Below are positions 29,783 to 39,502 of a stretch of 64,000 bases of DNA, one piece after another; positions within the stretch are counted from its first letter, which is position 1; every line of letters begins with the position of its first letter. The stretch spans positions 18,088 to 82,087 of the forward strand of contig CAKOND010000005.1 in NCBI GenBank assembly GCA_934096945.1, read 5' to 3'. Under the pieces are notes generated by a model, which saw only the letters and a list, made by a program, of their open reading frames with translations, did no database searches and was not told the origin of the DNA. The stretch is from an uncultured Bacilli bacterium. GTDB taxonomy: Bacteria; Bacillota_I; Bacilli_A; RF39; UBA660. The position numbers and the translations under genes were made by a program.

Positions 29783-30697
29783 TTAGCTAAGTTCAAGTGT
29801 TTCCGTAATATTTCCATCAATTATAATATTAATACCTTTTTCTTCAAGTGAAAAATATAAGTCTTTATAATCTGGAAGAGTTACAAATTTAACTATTGAT
29901 CCCTTAGCATCTTTATATATAAATAGTTGCTTATCATTTATAATAAATAAATAATTTCCTACCCCATAGACATTAGTTTTAGGAATAGCACTTAAGTATT
30001 CAATACCATTATAATCAAATATATGGTAAGTATTATTATCATAAGTTATGTAATAATTATCATTAAAATCAACTATTTCATTAGCTATGGCATTAATTAA
30101 AGGTGTACCATCATCTTTTAAAATAAACCATAAGTTATTTTGCTTAACTATAAATTTAGATGTATCAAGCTTTTGACCTATAAAATGAGATGGGATAGCT
30201 ATATAATCATAAGTACTTTGGATGGCGGTTTTACCTATTTCAAAAAAGGTTATTCCCCATCCACTTTTTTTATGGTTTATAATAAAATTACTAACAGCAT
30301 CAACGTTATAATTCTTTATTTCTTCATATTCATCAACTATGCTCTTACCCACAATATTATATAAGATGTAGCTATTATCCTTTTTAAAGATACTAAAGAA
30401 TTCATTTATGGGGGCATCTAAAATTTTATTTCCATTTTTGTATGAATTAGTATGATATTGGTTATCATCTATTACAGTATCTGCTATAGCACAATTGTTA
30501 CATTCATAAGTACTAATAAGTTTTTCACCCACAAAGAAATATACTTTGTTATTTAAAATAAATTCTTTATTTGGATTATTTAGGGATTCATCAATTTTCT
30601 TAGGGCCTTTGAAATGTTCTATAGTTCCTAAAATGCCAAGAGGAAGCATTATTATAAGTAAAATTATAATTGTTATTAATGTATTTTTATCCTTCAT
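29783..30697 (-). CDS. hypothetical membrane-anchored protein
   Basis: N-terminal TM helix and an extracytoplasmic Y/N/I-rich domain. Overlaps the upstream gene by 11 nt. Confidence 0.55.
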   Translation of the reverse strand: MKDKNTLITIIILLIIMLPLGILGTIEHFKGPKKIDESLNNPNKEFILNNKVYFFVGEKLISTYECNNCAIADTVIDDNQYHTNSYKNGNKILDAPINEFFSIFKKDNSYILYNIVGKSIVDEYEEIKNYNVDAVSNFIINHKKSGWGITFFEIGKTAIQSTYDYIAIPSHFIGQKLDTSKFIVKQNNLWFILKDDGTPLINAIANEIVDFNDNYYITYDNNTYHIFDYNGIEYLSAIPKTNVYGVGNYLFIINDKQLFIYKDAKGSIVKFVTLPDYKDLYFSLEEKGINIIIDGNITETLELS

Positions 30698-32777
30698 TTA
30701 AAATACCTACATTTACTTCTGCAGTTTTAGTGCTTCCGTCTTCGACATATGTTAAATAAACTATATCACCTTTAATTTTATAACTTAAGTTTTTGCTTAC
30801 ATCGCCTTCATCAAGTTTTATTTCAAGTTCAGCTGCAATATCTGTTTTATTATTGTAATTATATACTCCGACCATATTATCTTTATTAATTGTTATATAA
30901 AACTTATTTTCCATAATTATATTTTCAAATTCATTACTTACTATTTTACCAGTTTTATCATATATTAGATATTTATCATTATTTTTAACCTTTACATATC
31001 CATCCATGTATTTAACAATTTCATATTTTGTTGTTATATTTTTGGTAAGTTCTGTTCCTTTGTCATCGTATAAGTGATATGTTTCATTGTCTTCTTTAAA
31101 TAAATAATAATTATCAAGCATTTTAAAGGCAACATTTGTGGATACTACATTTCCATTTTCATCTTTTTTTCTAAATGGTACTAAAATATTTACATCACTA
31201 CTTATAATATTTATTATGCCATACAAATCATTTGTATTTTTGGCTAAAACATGGGTTCCTGCAGTATCAACAAAACTAATATTTTCAGTAATGTCATGGA
31301 AAGCAGCATCAACAGATTTATAAGTTGCTAGTTTCTTCTTAGATTTTAGATCCCAAAGAATTATATTGTCATTTGTATTCGGAGCTTTAGTATCACTTAT
31401 AAATACATATCTTTTGTTAAATATAGGTAAGTAACCATTATCTACTTTTTCTCCACTTCTTAAAATATTACTTTCTTTAGCTATAAAACAGTTTCCTAAA
31501 GCCTCATCACCTTCAGATATAGAATTTGCATAACTACATACGTAACTACCTAAAAGATCTGTTTTTTCACTATCACTATATATATATAGTTTACCTTCAA
31601 AATAATTAATATACTCTAGTTTTTTATTAAACTTACCTTCATTTAAATTAATTCTTGCTGAATCTTCACCATATTCTATGCGCATTGAATCGTTAGTAAT
31701 TGTGGCAGTAAATGCTTCTTCTTTACCTATTTGCCTTAAATTATCATTAAATATTAATTTGGTATTGTAACTATTACTATTTATTCTAATTCCATCCATA
31801 TTCATTGGACTACCTTCTTTATCATAAACATAAAGTTTTTTACCATCAGCCACTATTGCATAATTACTTACAAATCTTACATAATCATAAGAACTATCCA
31901 CTATTACTTTTCCATCATAACCATATACATAGTAATTGCTTCCAACCTTGACACTTAGCATATTACTATCAAAGGCTTTGATCGCACCGGGAACACTTTT
32001 AGATTGTTCCTTTCCATCAAAATCTATTAAAGAATAATTACTATTTTTAGAGACTACTAATTTATCAGTATCTTCAATATATCCCATGTAATCGTATGAA
32101 TTTTTGATTCTTTCTTTTACTTCTTTATCTGTTATTTCAATTAAACCATATTTATTATCTTTTTTAAATATTATATTATTATCTTTTACTTCTTTAACTA
32201 GGTTATAGGTATCTAATACTTTTTCTTTGTTTATATCATAAAGTATTACATCACCATTTTCTTTTTTCATGTTATCATATATAAAGACATAATTATCAAG
32301 TATTATATCAGTTCTATTATTTATAGGTAAACCATTTTCATATACTCTTTTAAATGAATCAAAATCATCTTCATTACTAAAATTTGCTACATAACATAAA
32401 TTTTCGCTTTTATTTTCACAAGTGTAACCACCTAGTTCTTTCTTGTCTTTATCTATAAATATTAGTTTACCATCTACATATTTATAATTGTCTTTTTCTA
32501 AGACTACAACTGGGTCTTTTGGCTTATCTTGATTATTATCTTTATTAAATACTAAAAAGTATAATAAAACACCTGCGATAATTAATATTACTAGTACTAT
32601 ACTAATTATTATAATTATTTTCTTCTTATCCATTTTACTTGGCTTTTTTTCTTTTTTGCCTTTAGGCACACTTACTTGCTCCATATCATATTGAGTATTA
32701 CTTATTTCTTCATTTTCATCAATCTCAATTATTTCATTAGCATTATTATTAATTTCTTCTAAAATTTCTTCTTCCAT
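30687..32777 (-). CDS. hypothetical membrane-anchored protein with WG/KWG-like repeats
   Basis: Acidic N-terminus, one TM helix, and repeated ..KYGLIE../..LYGIIN../..VGVYNY.. beta-repeat-like units. Confidence 0.55.
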   Translation of the reverse strand: MEEEILEEINNNANEIIEIDENEEISNTQYDMEQVSVPKGKKEKKPSKMDKKKIIIIISIVLVILIIAGVLLYFLVFNKDNNQDKPKDPVVVLEKDNYKYVDGKLIFIDKDKKELGGYTCENKSENLCYVANFSNEDDFDSFKRVYENGLPINNRTDIILDNYVFIYDNMKKENGDVILYDINKEKVLDTYNLVKEVKDNNIIFKKDNKYGLIEITDKEVKERIKNSYDYMGYIEDTDKLVVSKNSNYSLIDFDGKEQSKSVPGAIKAFDSNMLSVKVGSNYYVYGYDGKVIVDSSYDYVRFVSNYAIVADGKKLYVYDKEGSPMNMDGIRINSNSYNTKLIFNDNLRQIGKEEAFTATITNDSMRIEYGEDSARINLNEGKFNKKLEYINYFEGKLYIYSDSEKTDLLGSYVCSYANSISEGDEALGNCFIAKESNILRSGEKVDNGYLPIFNKRYVFISDTKAPNTNDNIILWDLKSKKKLATYKSVDAAFHDITENISFVDTAGTHVLAKNTNDLYGIINIISSDVNILVPFRKKDENGNVVSTNVAFKMLDNYYLFKEDNETYHLYDDKGTELTKNITTKYEIVKYMDGYVKVKNNDKYLIYDKTGKIVSNEFENIIMENKFYITINKDNMVGVYNYNNKTDIAAELEIKLDEGDVSKNLSYKIKGDIVYLTYVEDGSTKTAEVNVGILNEG

Positions 32778-32830
32778 AAATATTTATCTCCTTTATAAAT
32801 TTTATTTTAATAATTTTTTACTATGTCAGT

Positions 32831-34618
32831 CTAATTTATTATGATTGGGTCTTCAGCTGTACCTTGGCCTGATTTATATGCCGTTGAAGATGAGAGACTG
32901 AAGGACGGGCGCACTCCATAGATGCCGTCCACACCGTCGTAGTTCACGAAACCATCGTAGTACACACCGAACGCATGGTACGAACCGCCCGCAGCACGGG
33001 AAATAGTCCATTCCAAGACTCCTCCATATAACCAATTTTCTCCCTTCGAAAATCTATAATCCTTTGTTGCATCAGTATTATTAAATCCAACCAATGTCCA
33101 CGCTCTTGGTCCTGCCGCATAATAATAATCACTTACATACATCAATCCTATTTTTGCTCTATATTCTGCTTTTCCATCTGTTGTATTTGTTGTTACTGCA
33201 TTTGTTATTTCATTTTGATATGCTACTGATGGTGTTTTTGAAGCTATATTTTCAAATGTATTTCCTCCAACTTTCCAGGTTGTTGTTGCTATTTTTTTTG
33301 CCCATTCTGTTCCAATGTTATTTAAAAAATTTGTATTTAAATTTACTTTATTTAAATTACTTTCACTCCATGTATTTTTTGCTGCAATATTCCAGAAATA
33401 TAATGAATTACTTGCTGGACTTTCTCCTTGTTCTCCACTAAAGTAAGATGAATATTCTTGTGAAAAAACTCCATCTGTTCCTAGTAAACTTGATTTTGCG
33501 TAATCCCATTTGATTAGTTTTACATTATTTCCAAATACTCCAATTATTCTATATAAATTTTCTGTTGGACATGGACTTGATGTCGAGCCAAAACATACAA
33601 AGTTATTTACATTATCTTTTGTCAAATATCCTTTTTCTACTGCTTTATTTAATGTTTCTTTATATGTTTGATACTGTGTTGTATCTCCCTTTATTAAATA
33701 ATAATGTGCTTGTGATGCATCGCATTCATAACCTACATATTGTTTCGTTCCATTACAATAAAAATCTATTAATGCTGTTGTTACTGTATTATTATATCCT
33801 ATCATCATTGTTGCTCCGGTTGCTTTTCCTGTTTCCGTTAAGACATAATCTCCGCCTGCATATCTGTAACTATTGTCACCTGCTCCGTTTGTGAGACTAC
33901 TATCATGATAATAGATATTATTAGCTCCTTGAGTTCCTGTATATAGTGATTTTACATGATCAGCTAATAAGTTTATCTTTTCCTTTTGTATCATCACTTT
34001 TGCACTCATACTTTTTCCTGCATTACCATTTTGATTAGCATCATAGTTTACAAATGTTAATTTTATATTCCACTTTTCTTCTTTACTTGGACTTGCTGTT
34101 ATTTCTCTATTATTAAATAGTGTTATAAGTCCATTCTTATTTGTTATATCATATCCTGATACTAATGCTCCACTTCCATCTGTTACTGATGTATGTGTTA
34201 ATCCTGATATATCTGTTACTTCTGTTCCTGCACTATTTGTAACTGTTAATATTAATTCTGGTGTACTTTCATTTATTGAATATGTAAATGAATTATTAGA
34301 AATATTTAAATATACATAATAATGTTCCGTCGCAGTATTTGTCTTATTATTTGCTGTAAGAGTTGCTTTTGCAAAAGTGCTTCCAACTGCATTACCTTTG
34401 CCACTTGCAAATGAACTTTGATCAGCATAGATACCTATATCATCACCTGTTGTAAAAGTAAATACATCTGTTGTATATGTTGTTACATTTAAGTTTGCTG
34501 ATGTTGGTTCTCCACCTTGGGCAGTAAAATATGCATATGTTGCTCCGATTAATAACAACATAAATGTTGTTATTGCTATTACACTTAATATTATTGGTTT
34601 ATTTTTATTATTTTCCAT
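32831..34618 (-). CDS. secreted/surface protein, paralog A; C-terminal lectin-like module with hypervariable cassette (putative DGR target)
   Basis: 595 aa. The N-terminal hydrophobic segment + GATYAYFTAQ resembles SipW-type (TasA/camelysin-class) signal peptides. The N-terminal ~215 aa and the C-terminal module are homologous to ORF 60697..62100. The C-terminus reads EWTISR...GVRPSFSL. Confidence 0.75.
   Translation of the reverse strand: MENNKNKPIILSVIAITTFMLLLIGATYAYFTAQGGEPTSANLNVTTYTTDVFTFTTGDDIGIYADQSSFASGKGNAVGSTFAKATLTANNKTNTATEHYYVYLNISNNSFTYSINESTPELILTVTNSAGTEVTDISGLTHTSVTDGSGALVSGYDITNKNGLITLFNNREITASPSKEEKWNIKLTFVNYDANQNGNAGKSMSAKVMIQKEKINLLADHVKSLYTGTQGANNIYYHDSSLTNGAGDNSYRYAGGDYVLTETGKATGATMMIGYNNTVTTALIDFYCNGTKQYVGYECDASQAHYYLIKGDTTQYQTYKETLNKAVEKGYLTKDNVNNFVCFGSTSSPCPTENLYRIIGVFGNNVKLIKWDYAKSSLLGTDGVFSQEYSSYFSGEQGESPASNSLYFWNIAAKNTWSESNLNKVNLNTNFLNNIGTEWAKKIATTTWKVGGNTFENIASKTPSVAYQNEITNAVTTNTTDGKAEYRAKIGLMYVSDYYYAAGPRAWTLVGFNNTDATKDYRFSKGENWLYGGVLEWTISRAAGGSYHAFGVYYDGFVNYDGVDGIYGVRPSFSLSSSTAYKSGQGTAEDPIIIN
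32900..33010 (-). repeat. putative DGR variable region VR-A (GC-rich, adenine-depleted cassette)
   Basis: See findings. It aligns gap-free with 60766-60876, and differences are almost exclusively at codon positions 1-2. Confidence 0.65.
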
Positions 34619-34829
34619 GTTATGACTTCCTTTTTTATCCTAAATTAATGATAACAAATATTTTATTATTTGTAAATAGTATACAGAAAAAAAAAGCTAC
34701 TACAAAATAATATAGTAACTTATAAATCTAAACTATTTTCATTTAACAAAAATTCAGTTTCTATTGAATTTAAAACTAATATATCCTCCATTACGAATTT
34801 TTTCCGTTTACGTACTTTTTTCGTAATGA

Positions 34830-35492
34830 TTATTTACTACTTTTAAAATTTTGATACCAATCATTTAGTTTATCTTTAGTACTTGAAAATAGTATTGATC
34901 CTGAATTTTTCACTAAATTAAAAGTACTTTCACTGAACTTCGCAAGTTCATCTTTAGCATATATAATTGAATTATAATTTTCTTCCCCTAGTTTTTCTTT
35001 AGCAAATTCATTTAAATTATTTGCTCCATTTGCAATAATTTCACTAGCTTTTTTATAAGCATTACTGGTTTTACTAGATATTTCTTCTTTATATCCTGGG
35101 GCTTTATTTTCAAGATGCATATCTATTTTACTAGCAAGTTCTAAAATTTTTTCTTTACCACTTGTTGTAAGCTTATCAAAAGTAACATTTTTTATGGTAC
35201 CATTAAAAAACAAAAAATCTACGATTGTTATAAATGTTTCTTTGGCTTTATCACTAAAATTAGGCAAATTTGCTTCTTTTTCTATACTATCTAAAGTATT
35301 ATTTAGCTCATTTATTACTAATAAATCATTATCACTATATGATGTACTTTCTTCTTTAGGCATTATTCTTTCTGTCTTTTCTTCATTACTTTTAAATATT
35401 ACATCTTTTTTAGTATAAACAATGCCTATTAAAATACCCATGATTAGAAATGTAATACCCACTCCTACAGTTATTAATGTGCTTTTTTTCAT
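34830..35492 (-). CDS. hypothetical membrane-anchored protein
   Basis: N-terminal TM helix and a helical K/E-rich ectodomain. Confidence 0.5.
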   Translation of the reverse strand: MKKSTLITVGVGITFLIMGILIGIVYTKKDVIFKSNEEKTERIMPKEESTSYSDNDLLVINELNNTLDSIEKEANLPNFSDKAKETFITIVDFLFFNGTIKNVTFDKLTTSGKEKILELASKIDMHLENKAPGYKEEISSKTSNAYKKASEIIANGANNLNEFAKEKLGEENYNSIIYAKDELAKFSESTFNLVKNSGSILFSSTKDKLNDWYQNFKSSK

Positions 35493-35504
35493 ATATTTAC
35501 CTTT

Positions 35505-36647
35505 CTATAATAAATTGTCATCAGTTTTTTCTTCATTAATATATTTTTTAGTTAAATTTCTATTTAAAATACTCATTAAATAATATCTATTAGTATGTAA
35601 ATTTGTTAAAAAGTCATAAATATCTCTTTCTTCATTTAAAATATATACTCGATCTTTAATAAATACTTTTTCGTCTACTTTTACATATAATTTGTCTATA
35701 TCATCTGAAAGTATTTCTCTTTTGTACTTGTTTATTCCCACGAACTTTATTGATTTTGTTATTCCATCTTTATGCCCGATTGGTACCAAAGCTACATACA
35801 TATCCTCTTTAGCTACATAACTTCGCCCTATTATTTTACCTTTAGGTACTTTTTTTATTTCCATTACTTCACTTGTAATATTAAATATTAATTCTAAGTC
35901 TATATTAGGAAACTCTAATACGCCATATTCTTTTTCTATTTTCCTAATCCTTCCTTTTGTAAATATATCATCATTTACATTCTCTTCAATACCTAAGATG
36001 GATAAATCAAATCTAATACCATTTACATATTTAATTTTGTTATGATACATGATTGGTTCATTTAAATGAATAATTAAATCATCATTTGCAAAAGATTTAA
36101 CTATTTTTAGAAAATTATTAACCTGTTCATAATAATATGCATCTTCAATACCAAAAGTAGTTATATCAGAATATAATCCTACTAATTTTAAATGCTTAGT
36201 TTCATTTATTTTATTAATAATGTATTCTAAATCACTTTTTTTATTTATTCCTTGTAAATTAGAGCCATTATCAATTAATACTTCAACATTTAAGTCATCT
36301 TTTAATTCTAAATTACATAATATATCAATATATTTTTTGTTATAAATTGTAATGGTTATATTATTATTTATACAATCATATATTTCATCCATTGTTACAT
36401 AATAACTTGCTAAAATACCAACATCTTTATTAAGTTTTCTTACCTTTAGAGCTTCTTTTAAAGATCCTACAAGTAAATAATTTATGCCATATTTAGCGAG
36501 TGTATTTACAATACCAAATCCCATGCCATGGGCATTATCTTTTAAATCTACTATTTTATATTTATAATCATCATAACTTTTAACAATTTTTTTGATATTT
36601 TCTTTTAATTTTTTTAAATCTATTTCTAAAATCGTTTCATACTTCAT
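35505..36647 (-). CDS. alr: alanine racemase family protein (divergent)
   Basis: VDLKDNAHGMG (cf. VKANAYGHG, PLP Lys), GRSYVA, VPIGHKDG (cf. PIGYADG). Confidence 0.7.
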   Translation of the reverse strand: MKYETILEIDLKKLKENIKKIVKSYDDYKYKIVDLKDNAHGMGFGIVNTLAKYGINYLLVGSLKEALKVRKLNKDVGILASYYVTMDEIYDCINNNITITIYNKKYIDILCNLELKDDLNVEVLIDNGSNLQGINKKSDLEYIINKINETKHLKLVGLYSDITTFGIEDAYYYEQVNNFLKIVKSFANDDLIIHLNEPIMYHNKIKYVNGIRFDLSILGIEENVNDDIFTKGRIRKIEKEYGVLEFPNIDLELIFNITSEVMEIKKVPKGKIIGRSYVAKEDMYVALVPIGHKDGITKSIKFVGINKYKREILSDDIDKLYVKVDEKVFIKDRVYILNEERDIYDFLTNLHTNRYYLMSILNRNLTKKYINEEKTDDNLL

Positions 36648-36731
36648 ATTTTTTACCTCGTAAAATTATTATAAAGTATAGACTAAAATTTTGCAATATG
36701 ATAAAATTATTTTACCAAGAGAATAAAATGG

Positions 36732-38084
36732 ATGAAACCAGATGAATTTCAATTAAAAGCTATAAAATGTGATAATAATGTTTTACTTATTGCAGGTGCG
36801 GGAGCAGGTAAAACCTATACAATTACGGAAAAAATAAAATATTTAGTTCAAGAAAAGAACTTAAAAGAAGATGAAATTTTAGTAATTTCATTTACAAATA
36901 AAAGTGTAAATGATCTAGTGAAGAAAATAAATTATAATGTAAATATTATGACTTTCCATAAACTGGCAATGAGTATCTTAGATGAATTTAAGGTAAATTA
37001 TAAATTAGTAAGTGATTCTTATTTAGAATTTGTTACTAATGAATATTTTAAATCACTACAAAATAAAGAAAACATTGATGAAATACTTAAATATTTTAAA
37101 AAATATAATTATGATGATTTTTTAAATAGTTATGATTATAAAGAACTAAAGATGCTTATAATAAATTTAATTAAAATATTTAAAACTAATAATAAAACTA
37201 AAGATGATTTTAAAAAATTATTTAAAATTGATTCTTTTTTAAGTAAATATACTTATATTATTAAATGTTTTTATGAAAATGATTTAGCATCTAGTAACTC
37301 TTTTGATTTTGATGATTTAATAATAAAAGCAACTCATGTTTTAAATAAGACTACTAAATATAAATATATTATTGTAGATGAATTTCAAGATACATCAAAT
37401 ATAAGATTTAATCTAATAAATAAAATTAGAGTTTTAAATAATGCTACTTTATTTTGTGTTGGAGATGATTATCAATCTATATATCACTTTTCTGGTTGTA
37501 ATTTAAATATTTTCTTAAATTTTACTAAATTAATTCCAAACTCTGTTATTTTAAAACTAAAGTACACTTACCGTAATAGTATAGAGCTTATAAGTGTTAG
37601 TTCAAGATTTGTTATGAAAAATAATTCCCAGATAAAAAAAGAATTATTAAGTAATAAACATTTAGATAGACCTGTAGAATTTATTTATTATTTAAACCCT
37701 AAAAGAGCATTTATAAAGATTTATAATAAACTTAAAATGAAGGGAGAATTACTTGTTTTAGGTAGAAATAATTTTGATATAAAAACTTTTAGCCAGGAAG
37801 AAATACCAGAGTTTATGAGTGTTCATTCTTCAAAAGGCTTAGAAAGTGATAATGTGATACTTTTAAATATGACTGATGGTATGTATGGGTTTCCTAATAA
37901 AATAATTAATTCTAAATTACTTGAAGAATTGCACCCATCTGATAAAAGTTTTTTATATGCAGAAGAACGTAGACTTTTTTATGTTGCTTTAACTAGGACT
38001 AAAAACAAAGTTTATATTTTAGTTCCAATTTTTAAAAAGTCGTCTTTTATAAAAGAACTTAAAAATTTGACAAAAGCCATATAA
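36732..38084 (+). CDS. compact UvrD/REP-type SF1 helicase (450 aa)
   Basis: AGAGAGKT (I), ISFTNKSVNDL (Ia), VDEFQDTS (II), VGDDYQSIYHFSG (III), YTYRNS (IV), VHSSKGLESDNV (V), FYVALTRTKNKVYIL (VI). It is much shorter than UvrD/PcrA, so the 1B/2B inserts appear reduced. Confidence 0.85.
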   Translation: MKPDEFQLKAIKCDNNVLLIAGAGAGKTYTITEKIKYLVQEKNLKEDEILVISFTNKSVNDLVKKINYNVNIMTFHKLAMSILDEFKVNYKLVSDSYLEFVTNEYFKSLQNKENIDEILKYFKKYNYDDFLNSYDYKELKMLIINLIKIFKTNNKTKDDFKKLFKIDSFLSKYTYIIKCFYENDLASSNSFDFDDLIIKATHVLNKTTKYKYIIVDEFQDTSNIRFNLINKIRVLNNATLFCVGDDYQSIYHFSGCNLNIFLNFTKLIPNSVILKLKYTYRNSIELISVSSRFVMKNNSQIKKELLSNKHLDRPVEFIYYLNPKRAFIKIYNKLKMKGELLVLGRNNFDIKTFSQEEIPEFMSVHSSKGLESDNVILLNMTDGMYGFPNKIINSKLLEELHPSDKSFLYAEERRLFYVALTRTKNKVYILVPIFKKSSFIKELKNLTKAI

Positions 38085-38123
38085 TAGCGTATAATAACTC
38101 ATACACAAAGGGGTGTTTTGGTC

Positions 38124-38780
38124 ATGTATTTTATTGGGTGTACTAAAGATAGTTTTACGCCAGAAATCGTTTTGGGTTCTGGGTGTGAAGGAAAAGTTTA
38201 TTATAATCAAAAAACTCAAGAAGCAGTTAAGATACATTATGATAATATAGGTAAAGAATCATTAAGTGAAGAGGATGCTTTAAAGTTATGTGATATTTCT
38301 ACTTCAAATATTTTACTTCCTAGAAGACTTATTTATGATGAAAATGGTGTTTTTTTAGGTTATACAACTAATTTTGTACCAAAATATAAACATGTTGAAG
38401 AACTAGATGTAGAGCATTATACTGTAGATTATTTAATTAATATTTTATCTAAGCTATACAAAGATGCACAATTAATGAGTGAAAAGGGCTTAGTTTTAAG
38501 TGATCTACTATCAGATGGAAATTATATATTTAATGGTAGTTATTATTTAACTGATCCAGGATTTTATCATTTTGTTGAAAAAGATATGAAGACAATTTTA
38601 ATAGAAAATATAAGAAAATTAAATGCGTTTTTGGATGCTACAGTTTTTTGGTGTAGGATAAACAATTTGCAGGAAGAACTTTTAAGAAGAAATGCTACTT
38701 ATACTATTTGTGATTATTTAAAAGATGAAGGCCAAAAAGATGAGACTTTAAATAGTTTGGTTAGAAGAAAGGTTTTATAA
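38124..38780 (+). CDS. minimal protein-kinase-fold protein, paralog 1
   Basis: G-loop-like GSGCEGKVYY, Lys motif EAVKIH, catalytic-loop-like LSDLLSDGNYIF, DFG-like LTDPGFY. ATG at 38124 after a GGGGTG SD (the track start at 38118 is TTG). Confidence 0.55.
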   Translation: MYFIGCTKDSFTPEIVLGSGCEGKVYYNQKTQEAVKIHYDNIGKESLSEEDALKLCDISTSNILLPRRLIYDENGVFLGYTTNFVPKYKHVEELDVEHYTVDYLINILSKLYKDAQLMSEKGLVLSDLLSDGNYIFNGSYYLTDPGFYHFVEKDMKTILIENIRKLNAFLDATVFWCRINNLQEELLRRNATYTICDYLKDEGQKDETLNSLVRRKVL

Positions 38781-39439
38781 TGACATATTATGTTGGCTTA
38801 GAAAAGGAAGAATTTATACCTAATATTTATATTGGGGCTGGAAGTGAAGGAATAGTTTATTATAATCCAAAAACTCAGGAAGCAATCAAGATATTTTATC
38901 TTTTTAATGGATATGATGCAAACATGGATGAAATGGAAGCTTTAAAAATGAGTAAGATAGAAACAAAATATATTTTACTTCCAAGAAGGTTAGTATATGA
39001 TGAACGTGGCATTTTTATGGGGTACACTACTCCTTTTATAAGAAAATCTTGGAATATGAAAGAAGAAGCTTTACTTAATTATCCTAGTGTATTATTAAGA
39101 TATTTGTTGGCAAAACTATATAAAGACACTGAAATAATAAGTAAGCACAAATTAATTATTAATGATATATTAAATAAACCGGACAATTATATTTTTAATG
39201 GATCATTTTATTTAGTTGATCCGGGATATTATTACTTTTGTGGTAATTCTGAAGAAATTGTTAAAATAACAAATTTTAAAAGAATAAATAATTTTCTTTG
39301 CGAAACTGTTTTAAATTCTATAATTCCTGATTTATCCAAAGAATTAAGTGAAAGAGGTTTAACTTATACTTTATGTGATTACTTAAAAGATGAAGTAAGA
39401 CCTAATGAAACATTGATGAATTTAGTAAGAAGAAAGTAA
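38780..39439 (+). CDS. minimal protein-kinase-fold protein, paralog 2
   Basis: GAGSEGIVYY, EAIKIF, INDILNKPDNYIF (cf. D-L-K-P-x-N), LVDPGYY. TAATG stop/start overlap with paralog 1. Confidence 0.55.
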   Translation: MTYYVGLEKEEFIPNIYIGAGSEGIVYYNPKTQEAIKIFYLFNGYDANMDEMEALKMSKIETKYILLPRRLVYDERGIFMGYTTPFIRKSWNMKEEALLNYPSVLLRYLLAKLYKDTEIISKHKLIINDILNKPDNYIFNGSFYLVDPGYYYFCGNSEEIVKITNFKRINNFLCETVLNSIIPDLSKELSERGLTYTLCDYLKDEVRPNETLMNLVRRK

Positions 39440-39454
39440 TAAAACTATACATTA

Positions 39455-39480
39455 AAAAGCATGATTAAGATGCTTTTTTG
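39455..39480 (+). terminator. terminator of helicase/kinase-like operon
   Basis: AAGCAT-gattaag-ATGCTT followed by TTTTT. Confidence 0.65.
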
Positions 39481-39502
39481 TTTTATTTAAGCAAGAATTA
39501 AG

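Noticed and set aside
32944-33441. Track ORFs 32944..33132 (-) and 33094..33441 (+) inside gene A.
   Set aside because: These are alternative-frame or antisense ORFs within the clearly coding paralog-A frame. One exists only because the GC-rich cassette lacks stop codons. The sequences are low-complexity.
32831-34618. Type IV pilin/pseudopilin identity for paralogs A and B, because of the N-terminal hydrophobic segment.
   Set aside because: There is no G|F-T-L-x-E prepilin cleavage motif. The A-T-Y-A-Y-F-[TQ]-A-Q motif fits SipW/TasA-class signals better.
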